64,000 nucleotides of DNA from Escherichia coli (GTDB lineage: Bacteria > Pseudomonadota > Gammaproteobacteria > Enterobacterales > Enterobacteriaceae), in assembly GCF_013122565.1 (NCBI RefSeq), contig NZ_CP053258.1; one strand, given 5' to 3'. The notes beneath the pieces are model-generated. The model was not told the origin of the DNA, ran no database searches, and was given only the letters and a program-made list of their open reading frames with translations. Position numbers and translations under genes: made by a program. This document shows positions 11,132 through 20,834 of the stretch, piece after piece. Position 1 is the stretch's first letter. The number at the start of each line of letters is the position of its first letter.

Positions 11132-11659
11132 TTGAGCACGACTAACCATGATCACCACATTTACGTCTTGATGGGCGTATCGGGCAGCGGCAAATCTGCG
11201 GTCGCCAGTGAAGTGGCGCATCAACTTCATGCCGCGTTTCTTGATGGCGATTTCCTCCATCCACGGCGCAATATCGAAAAAATGGCGTCTGGCGAACCGC
11301 TGAATGACGACGATCGCAAACCGTGGTTGCAGGCGCTGAACGACGCCGCGTTTGCTATGCAGCGCACTAATAAAGTGTCGCTGATCGTCTGTTCTGCATT
11401 GAAAAAACACTATCGCGACTTGCTGCGTGAAGGTAATCCGAATCTCTCTTTCATCTACCTGAAAGGCGATTTTGATGTGATTGAAAGCCGCCTGAAAGCG
11501 CGCAAAGGCCATTTCTTTAAAACCCAAATGTTGGTGACGCAGTTTGAAACGCTGCAGGAGCCGGGTGCGGACGAAACCGATGTACTGGTGGTAGATATCG
11601 ATCAACCGCTGGAAGGTGTTGTGGCAAGCACCATTGAGGTTATTAAAAAAGGCAAATAA
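11132..11659 (+). CDS. gntK: gluconokinase (thermoresistant)
   Basis: P-loop GVSGSGKS; product begins STTNHDHHIY, which implies a TTG start at 11132 inside the longer ORF 11111..11659. Confidence 0.88.
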   Translation: MSTTNHDHHIYVLMGVSGSGKSAVASEVAHQLHAAFLDGDFLHPRRNIEKMASGEPLNDDDRKPWLQALNDAAFAMQRTNKVSLIVCSALKKHYRDLLREGNPNLSFIYLKGDFDVIESRLKARKGHFFKTQMLVTQFETLQEPGADETDVLVVDIDQPLEGVVASTIEVIKKGK

Positions 11660-11662
11660 GTA

Positions 11663-13003
11663 GTGACTACATTAACGCTTGTTTTAACAGCAGTAGGGTC
11701 TGTTTTACTGCTGCTGTTTTTAGTCATGAAGGCGCGTATGCACGCTTTCCTGGCTTTGATGGTGGTGTCCATGGGGGCTGGCCTTTTTTCCGGTATGCCG
11801 CTCGATAAAATCGCAGCGACGATGGAAAAAGGGATGGGAGGCACCCTCGGCTTCCTGGCGGTGGTTGTCGCCCTGGGAGCTATGTTTGGCAAGATCTTAC
11901 ATGAAACCGGCGCAGTCGATCAGATTGCCGTCAAAATGCTCAAATCCTTCGGTCACAGCCGCGCGCATTATGCCATCGGCCTTGCGGGGCTGGTCTGTGC
12001 GCTACCGCTGTTCTTTGAAGTGGCGATTGTTCTGCTGATTAGCGTTGCTTTCTCAATGGCGCGCCACACCGGTACGAACCTGGTGAAGCTGGTAATCCCA
12101 TTATTTGCAGGCGTGGCGGCAGCGGCTGCGTTCCTGGTGCCTGGACCAGCGCCAATGCTGCTGGCATCGCAGATGAACGCCGATTTTGGCTGGATGATCC
12201 TGATTGGCCTGTGTGCGGCAATTCCGGGAATGATTATTGCTGGGCCGCTGTGGGGTAACTTTATCAGCCGTTACGTTGAGCTGCATATTCCTGACGACAT
12301 CAGCGAACCGCATCTCGGCGAAGGCAAAATGCCATCTTTCGGATTCAGCCTGTCGCTGATCCTGTTGCCGCTGGTGCTGGTGGGGCTGAAAACCATTGCC
12401 GCGCGTTTTGTGCCAGAAGGCTCTACCGCTTACGAATGGTTCGAGTTTATTGGTCATCCGTTTACCGCGATTCTGGTTGCTTGTCTGGTGGCGATTTACG
12501 GTCTGGCAATGCGTCAGGGCATGCCAAAAGACAAAGTGATGGAGATTTGCGGTCACGCGCTGCAACCGGCGGGGATCATTCTGCTGGTGATTGGTGCAGG
12601 CGGCGTGTTCAAACAGGTGCTGGTTGACTCTGGCGTAGGTCCGGCACTCGGCGAAGCGTTAACCGGCATGGGCCTGCCGATTGCCATCACCTGCTTCGTG
12701 CTGGCAGCGGCGGTGCGCATCATTCAGGGGTCTGCCACCGTTGCCTGCTTAACGGCGGTAGGACTGGTAATGCCGGTCATTGAACAACTGAACTACTCCG
12801 GTGCGCAAATGGCGGCGCTGTCGATTTGTATCGCCGGTGGTTCGATTGTTGTCAGCCACGTTAACGACGCTGGTTTCTGGTTGTTCGGTAAATTTACCGG
12901 CGCGACCGAAGCCGAAACGCTGAAAACCTGGACCATGATGGAAACCATCCTCGGCACTGTCGGTGCCATCGTTGGGATGATTGCGTTCCAGCTGTTGAGT
13001 TAA
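11663..13003 (+). CDS. gntU: low-affinity gluconate:H+ symporter (GntP family)
   Basis: 446-aa polytopic GntP-family transporter; apparent GTG start at 11663, 4 nt after the gntK stop. Confidence 0.9.
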   Translation: MTTLTLVLTAVGSVLLLLFLVMKARMHAFLALMVVSMGAGLFSGMPLDKIAATMEKGMGGTLGFLAVVVALGAMFGKILHETGAVDQIAVKMLKSFGHSRAHYAIGLAGLVCALPLFFEVAIVLLISVAFSMARHTGTNLVKLVIPLFAGVAAAAAFLVPGPAPMLLASQMNADFGWMILIGLCAAIPGMIIAGPLWGNFISRYVELHIPDDISEPHLGEGKMPSFGFSLSLILLPLVLVGLKTIAARFVPEGSTAYEWFEFIGHPFTAILVACLVAIYGLAMRQGMPKDKVMEICGHALQPAGIILLVIGAGGVFKQVLVDSGVGPALGEALTGMGLPIAITCFVLAAAVRIIQGSATVACLTAVGLVMPVIEQLNYSGAQMAALSICIAGGSIVVSHVNDAGFWLFGKFTGATEAETLKTWTMMETILGTVGAIVGMIAFQLLS

Positions 13004-13015
13004 TTACTGCGACAA

Positions 13016-13050
13016 ATTACTGCGAGCTTGCTCGCAGTAATTCATTTCTC
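13016..13050 (+). terminator. perfect palindromic hairpin after gntU
   Basis: aattactgcgagc-tt-gctcgcagtaatt followed by a T-rich tract; half-site also directly repeated at 13002-13012. Confidence 0.6.
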
Positions 13051-13142
13051 TTTTCTCCTCTCTTCATCTTTTTGATCTCTCTCGCAAATTTACCTGCTAA
13101 TAATCCGTTCTAATCACTGCCTAAAGATCGCAGGAGATAAAG

Positions 13143-15239
13143 ATGGAAAAGCACGGAGCTGAATTGCTTTTACAGCGGATGTTAGGCAATACCACCGCTA
13201 CTTTCAGGGAAGGTCAATGGGAAGCCATGGACGCGGTGGTGAACCGACGGCGAAAACTGCTGGTTGTCCAACGCACTGGCTGGGGGAAAAGCGCCGTGTA
13301 CTTCATCTCCAGTAAAATCTTCCGCGATCGCGGCGCTGGCCCGACAATTATCATCTCTCCTTTGCTTGCCCTGATGCGTAACCAGGTTGCCGCCGCTGAA
13401 CGGTTAGGTATTACGGCTGAAACGTTGAATTCTACAAACAGGGAAGAATGGCAGCGCATTAGCGATAAGTTGCTGCAAGGTGCGGTCGATTGCTTGCTGG
13501 TTTCCCCGGAACGTTTGGCAAACCAGGACTTTATCGAAACGGTTTTATATCCTATAGCCGATCGTATTGGTTTGCTTGTGGTCGACGAGGCGCACTGCAT
13601 CTCTGATTGGGGCCACGATTTTCGCCCGGATTACCGACGTATATTAGATATTTTGCGCCAACTGCCTGCGAATACCCCTGTTCTGGGTACAACCGCGACA
13701 GCGAATAACCGTGTCGTTGAGGATATCCGTCAGCAATTGGGTGACATTGTGATTCAGCGTGGAACGCTGGCTCGCGAAAGTTTGGCGCTTGATGCCTTAG
13801 TCTTAGGTGAACAGTCATCCCGTCTGGCATGGTTAGCAACGGTTATCCCTCAGTTTTCCAAATCGGGAATTGTTTATACCCTGACTACTCGCGATGCCGA
13901 ACTTGTCGCCGAGTGGTTAAGGACAAATGGTATCAGTGCATTTGCTTACTACAGCGGCGTGACTTGTGAAGGCGCGGAAGATTCTAATACTGCCAGGGAA
14001 TATCTGGAGCAGGCGCTGCTGGCAAATAAAATCAAAGTGCTGGTCGCGACGACGGCATTAGGTATGGGGTTTGATAAACCTGATTTAGGTTTCGTCATTC
14101 ATTATCAAATGCCGGGGTCTATTGTCGGTTACTACCAACAGGTAGGGCGTGCCGGGCGTGCTATAGATTCCGCTGTTGGCATATTGCTTTGTGGTGGTGA
14201 AGACCGCGCTATTCATAAATTCTTCCGTGAAAGCGCCTTTCCTGCGGAGGCGCAAATTCATGAAATACTCAACGTACTTAGCGAGAATGACGGTCTTACC
14301 CTACGAGGCATTGAACAACGGACGAATCTCCGTTATGGGCAAATAGAAAAAGCACTGAAATTATTGGTAGCTGAAAATCCATCGCCTGTGGTGTATACCG
14401 AGAAATTATGGCGCAGAACTATCGTCAGTTTCTCTCCTGACCATGAACGAATTAACCATTTGATGAATCAGAGAAAAAGTGAGCTGGCAGACGTTGAAAG
14501 CTATGTCACGACCAAGGAGTGCAAAATGCAATTTCTGCGCCGCGCACTCGATGAGCCAAGTGCCGAACGTTGTGGTAAATGTAGCAGTTGTCTTCAGCAT
14601 CCGTTGTTGTCGCCCGATATTGATAGCGGCTTACTCCATGCGGCAAATTTATTTATTAAACACGCTGACCTGCCATTAAATCTCAATAAACAGGTAGCAT
14701 CTGGGGCTTTTACGCAATACGGATTTAAAGGGAACTTGCCTGCGGGTTTACAAGGATCTACGGGGCGAGTCCTTTCTCGTTGGGGAGATTCCGGGTGGGG
14801 AAAGCAGGTAGCACAGGAGAAAAAAACGGGGCGATTCAGTGATGAGCTGGTGGAGGCATGTGCGGAAATGGTTCGCCAACGCTGGAATCCGCATCCTGAA
14901 CCAACCTGGGTATGCTGCGTTCCTTCATTAAGGCACCTCGACCTGGTTCCTAATTTTGCCCGGCGACTGGCGGCGAAACTTGGCTTACCTTTTATTGATG
15001 CCATTGAAAAAGTCGTGGACAATCCACCGCAGAAAATGCAGCAAAACCGTTTTCACCAGTGTCAAAATCTCGACGGGGCGTTTGTGATTACCCCTCCTTT
15101 GATGCCAGGTCCGGCGTTGCTGGTTGACGATATCGTGGATTCTGCATGGACGCTGACAGTTCTGACAGCACTGTTACGCCAGGCAGGTTGCCCGACGGTT
15201 TATCCTCTTGCCCTTGCTTCTACCTCGGTAAAAAATTGA
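13143..15239 (+). CDS. RecQ-family superfamily-2 DNA helicase fused to a C-terminal ComF/GntX-like phosphoribosyltransferase-like domain
   Basis: 698 aa. Walker A QRTGWGKS (aa 43-50); DEAH box VVDEAHCISDWGHDFRPDY (nt 13584-13595); motif III TATA; motif VI QQVGRAGR; Cys cluster ERCGKCSSC; C-terminal LLVDDIVDSAWTLTVLTALL resembles the PRPP-binding loop of PRTases (compare GntX VIVDDVVTTGSTVAEIAQLL in this window). Confidence 0.75.
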   Translation: MEKHGAELLLQRMLGNTTATFREGQWEAMDAVVNRRRKLLVVQRTGWGKSAVYFISSKIFRDRGAGPTIIISPLLALMRNQVAAAERLGITAETLNSTNREEWQRISDKLLQGAVDCLLVSPERLANQDFIETVLYPIADRIGLLVVDEAHCISDWGHDFRPDYRRILDILRQLPANTPVLGTTATANNRVVEDIRQQLGDIVIQRGTLARESLALDALVLGEQSSRLAWLATVIPQFSKSGIVYTLTTRDAELVAEWLRTNGISAFAYYSGVTCEGAEDSNTAREYLEQALLANKIKVLVATTALGMGFDKPDLGFVIHYQMPGSIVGYYQQVGRAGRAIDSAVGILLCGGEDRAIHKFFRESAFPAEAQIHEILNVLSENDGLTLRGIEQRTNLRYGQIEKALKLLVAENPSPVVYTEKLWRRTIVSFSPDHERINHLMNQRKSELADVESYVTTKECKMQFLRRALDEPSAERCGKCSSCLQHPLLSPDIDSGLLHAANLFIKHADLPLNLNKQVASGAFTQYGFKGNLPAGLQGSTGRVLSRWGDSGWGKQVAQEKKTGRFSDELVEACAEMVRQRWNPHPEPTWVCCVPSLRHLDLVPNFARRLAAKLGLPFIDAIEKVVDNPPQKMQQNRFHQCQNLDGAFVITPPLMPGPALLVDDIVDSAWTLTVLTALLRQAGCPTVYPLALASTSVKN

Positions 15240-16441
15240 TGAATCTTTCAGCCAATGCACAAGCAACTCTCCTGCTAACCAGCGATTTTTCTCGCGCGGC
15301 GGCGAGTGAGTATAACCCTCTTAGTAATAGTGAATGGGGGAAGTTTGCATTATGGCTGAAGCACCAACGTATCAGTCCCGCCGATCTTCTGGTGCCGCAA
15401 CCGCAAGAGAAACTTACAGGCTGGAGCGATCCGCGTATTTCTCAGGAGCGTATTCTTGGCTTGCTGGCGCGTGGTCATAGTCTGGCGTTGGCGGTAGATA
15501 AGTGGCAACGCGCCGGTTTATGGATCTTAACCCGCGGAGATGCCGATTATCCCGTTCGCTTGAAAAACCGATTGCGAACGGATGCACCTCCCGTTTTATT
15601 TGGCTGTGGGAATAAAGCATTACTGCAAGCGGAAGGTATGGCGATTGTTGGCTCGCGAGATGCTCCGACTGACGATTTGCGCTATACCCAACAACTGGCC
15701 GCGAAACTGGCCCAACAGGGGATTTGCGTTATCTCTGGTGGTGCGCGAGGTATTGATGAATGTGCAATGGCGTCGGCACTGGAGGCCGGGGGAACTGCCG
15801 TTGGCGTATTAGCTGATAGCTTGTTAAAAACGAGCACGTTAGTGAAATGGCGTGAAGGGCTTATAGCAGGCAACCTGGTGTTGATTTCGCCGTTTTACCC
15901 AGAGGTACGTTTCACTGTCGGCAATGCGATGGCGCGGAATAAATATATTTATTGCCTTGCTGAAAGCGCAATGGTTGTACGTGCGGGAATGTCCGGTGGA
16001 ACGATAACCGGGGCGATGGAAGCATTAAAACATCAGTGGCTGCCTGTGCAGGTTAAACCAAATCAGGATATGCAATCAGCCAATTCACGATTAGTAGAAA
16101 ATGGGGCGTCATGGAGTACTGAACAGGCTGAGAATGTGACGTTCAGACTGCCAGACGTTACTGGGCTGATTTATGACAAAGCACTCCGTAACGCTCAACC
16201 AGAACTGTTTTCGCTGCATGAAGATGACGCAAATTACGCAGTAATGCCCGCGCATACGCCTGTCGATTTTTATCAACTCTTTGTGGCGGAACTGGCGATC
16301 CTTGCAAAGGAATCGATAAGTATTGAAAGGCTGGCGTCTTGTACTGGTTTAACCATCGAACAAATTCGTGTGTGGCTGAACCGCGCAGAAGAAGAGGGAA
16401 GGGTTATTCGATTGGGCGAAGGTCATTATCAGTTCAGGTAA
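15239..16441 (+). CDS. DprA/Smf-like (SLOG Rossmann-fold) DNA-processing protein with a C-terminal winged-helix-like tail
   Basis: 400 aa from MNLSANAQ; ATG overlaps the helicase TGA (TGATG). DprA core motifs MAIVGSRDAP...GICVISGGARGIDECAMASALEAGG (nt ~15737-15757); C-terminal SIERLASCTGLTIEQIRVWLNRAEEEGRVIRL looks like a winged helix. Confidence 0.75.
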   Translation: MNLSANAQATLLLTSDFSRAAASEYNPLSNSEWGKFALWLKHQRISPADLLVPQPQEKLTGWSDPRISQERILGLLARGHSLALAVDKWQRAGLWILTRGDADYPVRLKNRLRTDAPPVLFGCGNKALLQAEGMAIVGSRDAPTDDLRYTQQLAAKLAQQGICVISGGARGIDECAMASALEAGGTAVGVLADSLLKTSTLVKWREGLIAGNLVLISPFYPEVRFTVGNAMARNKYIYCLAESAMVVRAGMSGGTITGAMEALKHQWLPVQVKPNQDMQSANSRLVENGASWSTEQAENVTFRLPDVTGLIYDKALRNAQPELFSLHEDDANYAVMPAHTPVDFYQLFVAELAILAKESISIERLASCTGLTIEQIRVWLNRAEEEGRVIRLGEGHYQFR

Positions 16442-16444
16442 TAA

Positions 16445-16481
16445 AACAGGTGCCGCGTCTGGTTGTGTGCAGCACCTGTTT
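16445..16481. terminator. bidirectional hairpin between the convergent DprA-like gene and yhgN
   Basis: Inverted repeat aacaggtgc...gcacctgtt lying between the two convergent stop codons. Confidence 0.55.
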
Positions 16482-16486
16482 GAACC

Positions 16487-17080
16487 TTACCCCTTCATCC
16501 ACATTCGAATGCCGTCGAGGAACATCTGGGTTGCCATCATCACCAGAATCAATCCCATCAGGCGTTCAAGTGCGTTCACCCCTTTCTCGCCCAGCAGACG
16601 TAAAAATAGCGAAGACTGTAGCAGGATGACAAAGGTGCCGCCCCAGGCCAGCAGCAGAGCAATCACCAGATGTCCCATCTGATTCGGGTACTGATGAGAC
16701 AACAACATCAGCGTGGCGAGAATAGTCGGCCCGGCGACTAACGGAATTGCCAACGGCACGATAAACGGCTCTTCACCTGCCGGAAGCCCGCTGCTATTTC
16801 CTGAAGCGCTGGGAAAAATCATCTTAATGGCGATCAGAAACAGAATGATGCCGCCAGAAATGGAGACGGTTTCTGCTCGCAGGCTGAGAAATGCCAGAAT
16901 TTTCTCACCCGCAAACAGGAACACCAGCATCACCAGGAGAGCAATAAGCAACTCTCGCACCATGATTGCCCGCCGTCTTTTCGGTTCAGTATGTTTCAGT
17001 ACGGACATGAAAATAGGTAGGTTTCCGAGCGGATCCATAATCAGGATCAATAAAACTGCTGCAGAAATGATTTCATTCAT
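16487..17080 (-). CDS. yhgN: MarC-family (UPF0056) inner membrane protein
   Basis: 197-aa polytopic membrane protein; conserved position upstream of asd. Confidence 0.88.
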   Translation of the reverse strand: MNEIISAAVLLILIMDPLGNLPIFMSVLKHTEPKRRRAIMVRELLIALLVMLVFLFAGEKILAFLSLRAETVSISGGIILFLIAIKMIFPSASGNSSGLPAGEEPFIVPLAIPLVAGPTILATLMLLSHQYPNQMGHLVIALLLAWGGTFVILLQSSLFLRLLGEKGVNALERLMGLILVMMATQMFLDGIRMWMKG

Positions 17081-17271
17081 AACTCAAATTCCCTGATAAT
17101 TGCCGCGGACTTTCTGCGTGCTAACAAAGCAGGATAAGTCGCATTACTGATGGCTTCGCTATCATTGATTAATTTCACTTGCGACTTTGGCTGCTTTTTG
17201 TATGGTGAAAGATGTGCCAAGAGGAGACCGGCACATTTATACAGCACACATCTTTGCAGGAAAAAACGCTT

Positions 17272-18375
17272 ATGAAAAATGTTGGTTTTATCGGCTGGCG
17301 CGGTATGGTCGGCTCCGTTCTCATGCAACGCATGGTTGAAGAGCGCGACTTCGACGCCATTCGCCCTGTCTTCTTTTCTACTTCTCAGCTTGGCCAGGCT
17401 GCGCCGTCTTTTGGCGGAACCACTGGCACACTTCAGGATGCCTTTGATCTGGAGGCGCTAAAGGCCCTCGATATCATTGTGACCTGTCAGGGCGGCGATT
17501 ATACCAACGAAATCTATCCGAAGCTTCGTGAAAGCGGATGGCAAGGTTACTGGATTGACGCAGCATCGTCTCTGCGCATGAAAGATGACGCCATCATCAT
17601 TCTTGACCCCGTCAATCAGGACGTCATTACCGACGGATTAAATAATGGCATCAGGACTTTTGTTGGCGGTAACTGTACCGTAAGCCTGATGTTGATGTCG
17701 TTGGGCGGTTTATTCGCCAATGATCTTGTTGATTGGGTGTCCGTTGCAACCTACCAGGCCGCTTCCGGCGGTGGTGCGCGACATATGCGTGAGTTATTAA
17801 CCCAGATGGGCCATCTGTATGGCCATGTGGCAGATGAACTCGCGACCCCGTCCTCTGCTATTCTCGATATCGAACGCAAAGTCACAACCTTAACCCGTAG
17901 CGGTGAGCTGCCGGTAGATAACTTTGGCGTGCCGCTGGCGGGTAGCCTGATTCCGTGGATCGACAAACAGCTCGATAACGGTCAGAGCCGCGAAGAGTGG
18001 AAAGGGCAGGCGGAAACCAACAAGATCCTCAACACATCTTCCGTAATTCCGGTAGATGGTTTATGTGTGCGTGTCGGGGCATTGCGCTGCCACAGCCAGG
18101 CATTCACTATTAAATTGAAAAAAGATGTGTCTATTCCGACCGTCGAAGAACTGCTGGCTGCGCACAATCCGTGGGCGAAAGTCGTTCCGAACGATCGGGA
18201 AATCACTATGCGTGAGCTAACCCCAGCTGCTGTTACCGGCACGCTGACCACGCCGGTAGGCCGCCTGCGTAAGCTGAATATGGGACCAGAGTTCCTGTCA
18301 GCCTTTACCGTGGGTGACCAGCTGCTGTGGGGGGCCGCGGAGCCGCTGCGTCGGATGCTTCGTCAACTGGCGTAA
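17272..18375 (+). CDS. asd: aspartate-semialdehyde dehydrogenase
   Basis: 367 aa from [16 protein letters not shown] (NAD(P)-binding); the longer ORF start at 17212 was rejected. Confidence 0.93.
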
Positions 18376-18390
18376 TCTTTATTCATTAAA

Positions 18391-18412
18391 TTTGGGGCGC
18401 GATGCCGCCCCT
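18391..18412 (+). terminator. hairpin after asd
   Basis: ggggcgcgatgccgcccc GC-rich inverted repeat just after the asd stop. Confidence 0.5.
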
Positions 18413-18647
18413 GTTAGTGCGTAATACAGGAGTAAGCGCAGATGTTTCATGATTTACCGGGAGTTAAATAGAGCATTGGCTATTCTTTAAGGGTGGCTGA
18501 ATACATGAGTATTCACAGCCTTACCTGAAGTGAGGACGACGCAGAGAGGATGCACAGAGTGCTGCGCCGTTCAGGTCAAAAAAATGTCACAACCAGAAGT
18601 CAAAAATCCAATTGGATGGGGTGACACAATAAAACAGGAAGACAAGC

Positions 18648-20834
18648 ATGTCCGATCGTATCGATAGAGACGTGATTAACGCGCTAATTGCAGGCCATTT
18701 TGCGGATCCTTTTTCCGTACTGGGAATGCATAAAACCACCGCGGGACTGGAAGTCCGTGCCCTTTTACCCGACGCTACCGATGTGTGGGTGATTGAACCG
18801 AAAACCGGGCGCAAACTCGCAAAACTGGAGTGTCTCGACTCACGAGGATTTTTTAGCGGCGTCATTCCGCGACGTAAGAATTTTTTCCGCTATCAGTTGG
18901 CTGTAGTCTGGCATGGTCAGCAAAACCTGATTGATGATCCTTACCGTTTTGGTCCGCTAATCCAGGAAATGGATGCCTGGCTATTATCTGAAGGTACTCA
19001 CCTGCGCCCGTATGAAACCTTAGGTGCGCATGCAGATACTATGGATGGCGTCACAGGTACGCGTTTTTCTGTCTGGGCTCCAAACGCCCGTCGGGTCTCG
19101 GTGGTTGGGCAATTCAACTACTGGGACGGTCGCCGTCATCCGATGCGCCTGCGTAAAGAGAGCGGCATCTGGGAACTGTTTATCCCTGGGGCGCATAACG
19201 GTCAGCTCTATAAATACGAGATGATTGATGCCAATGGCAACTTGCGTCTGAAGTCCGACCCTTATGCCTTCGAAGCGCAAATGCGTCCGGAAACCGCGTC
19301 TCTTATTTGCGGGTTGCCGGAAAAGGTTGTGCAGACTGAAGAGCGCAAAAAAGCGAATCAGTTTGATGCGCCAATCTCTATTTATGAAGTTCACCTGGGC
19401 TCCTGGCGGCGTCACACCGACAACAATTTCTGGTTGAGCTACCGCGAGCTGGCCGATCAACTGGTGCCTTATGCTAAATGGATGGGCTTTACCCACCTCG
19501 AACTACTGCCCATTAACGAGCATCCCTTCGATGGCAGTTGGGGTTATCAGCCAACCGGCCTGTATGCACCAACCCGCCGTTTTGGTACTCGCGACGACTT
19601 CCGTTATTTCATTGATGCCGCACACGCAGCGGGTCTGAACGTGATTCTCGACTGGGTGCCAGGCCACTTCCCGACCGATGACTTTGCGCTTGCCGAATTT
19701 GATGGCACGAACTTGTATGAACACAGCGATCCGCGCGAAGGCTATCATCAGGACTGGAATACGCTGATCTACAACTATGGTCGCCGTGAAGTCAGTAACT
19801 TCCTCGTCGGTAACGCGCTTTACTGGATTGAACGTTTTGGTATTGATGCGCTGCGCGTCGATGCGGTGGCGTCAATGATTTATCGCGACTACAGCCGTAA
19901 AGAGGGGGAGTGGATCCCGAACGAATTTGGCGGGCGCGAGAATCTTGAAGCGATTGAATTCTTGCGTAATACCAACCGTATTCTTGGTGAGCAGGTTTCC
20001 GGTGCGGTGACAATGGCTGAGGAGTCTACCGATTTCCCTGGCGTTTCTCGTCCGCAGGATATGGGCGGTCTGGGCTTCTGGTACAAGTGGAACCTCGGCT
20101 GGATGCATGACACCCTGGACTACATGAAGCTCGACCCGGTTTATCGTCAGTATCATCACGATAAACTCACCTTCGGGATTCTCTACAACTACACTGAAAA
20201 CTTCGTCCTGCCGTTGTCGCATGATGAAGTGGTCCACGGTAAAAAATCGATTCTCGACCGGATGCCGGGCGACGCATGGCAGAAATTCGCTAACCTGCGC
20301 GCCTACTATGGCTGGATGTGGGCATTTCCGGGCAAGAAACTGCTGTTCATGGGGAACGAATTTGCCCAGGGCCGCGAGTGGAACCATGACGCCAGCCTCG
20401 ACTGGCATCTGTTGGAAGGCGGCGATAACTGGCACCACGGTGTCCAGCGTCTGGTGCGCGATCTGAACCTCACCTACCGCCACCATAAAGCAATGCATGA
20501 ACTGGATTTTGACCCGTACGGCTTTGAATGGCTGGTGGTGGATGACAAAGAACGCTCGGTGCTGATCTTTGTGCGTCGCGATAAAGAGGGTAACGAAATT
20601 ATCGTTGCCAGTAACTTTACGCCGGTGCCGCGTCATGATTATCGCTTCGGCATTAATCAGCCAGGCAAATGGCGTGAAATCCTCAATACCGATTCCATGC
20701 ACTATCACGGCAGTAATGCAGGCAATGGCGGCACGGTACACAGCGATGAGATTGCCAGCCACGGTCGTCAGCATTCACTAAGCCTGACACTACCACCGCT
20801 GGCCACTATCTGGCTGGTTCGGGAGGCAGAATGA
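18648..20834 (+). CDS. glgB: 1,4-alpha-glucan branching enzyme
   Basis: 728 aa, GH13 family; first gene of the glgBXCAP cluster. Confidence 0.95.
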   Translation: MSDRIDRDVINALIAGHFADPFSVLGMHKTTAGLEVRALLPDATDVWVIEPKTGRKLAKLECLDSRGFFSGVIPRRKNFFRYQLAVVWHGQQNLIDDPYRFGPLIQEMDAWLLSEGTHLRPYETLGAHADTMDGVTGTRFSVWAPNARRVSVVGQFNYWDGRRHPMRLRKESGIWELFIPGAHNGQLYKYEMIDANGNLRLKSDPYAFEAQMRPETASLICGLPEKVVQTEERKKANQFDAPISIYEVHLGSWRRHTDNNFWLSYRELADQLVPYAKWMGFTHLELLPINEHPFDGSWGYQPTGLYAPTRRFGTRDDFRYFIDAAHAAGLNVILDWVPGHFPTDDFALAEFDGTNLYEHSDPREGYHQDWNTLIYNYGRREVSNFLVGNALYWIERFGIDALRVDAVASMIYRDYSRKEGEWIPNEFGGRENLEAIEFLRNTNRILGEQVSGAVTMAEESTDFPGVSRPQDMGGLGFWYKWNLGWMHDTLDYMKLDPVYRQYHHDKLTFGILYNYTENFVLPLSHDEVVHGKKSILDRMPGDAWQKFANLRAYYGWMWAFPGKKLLFMGNEFAQGREWNHDASLDWHLLEGGDNWHHGVQRLVRDLNLTYRHHKAMHELDFDPYGFEWLVVDDKERSVLIFVRRDKEGNEIIVASNFTPVPRHDYRFGINQPGKWREILNTDSMHYHGSNAGNGGTVHSDEIASHGRQHSLSLTLPPLATIWLVREAE

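Noticed and set aside
10973-11605. 210-aa minus-strand ORF
   Set aside because: Antisense within gntK; shadow ORF.
13143-15239. Helicase as a type I/III restriction subunit or Cas3
   Set aside because: No HD nuclease domain, no adjacent methyltransferase or specificity gene, no CRISPR array; the motif set (DEAH, QxxGRAGR, Cys cluster) fits RecQ-like better.
19872-20774. 300-aa minus-strand ORF
   Set aside because: Antisense within glgB; shadow ORF.
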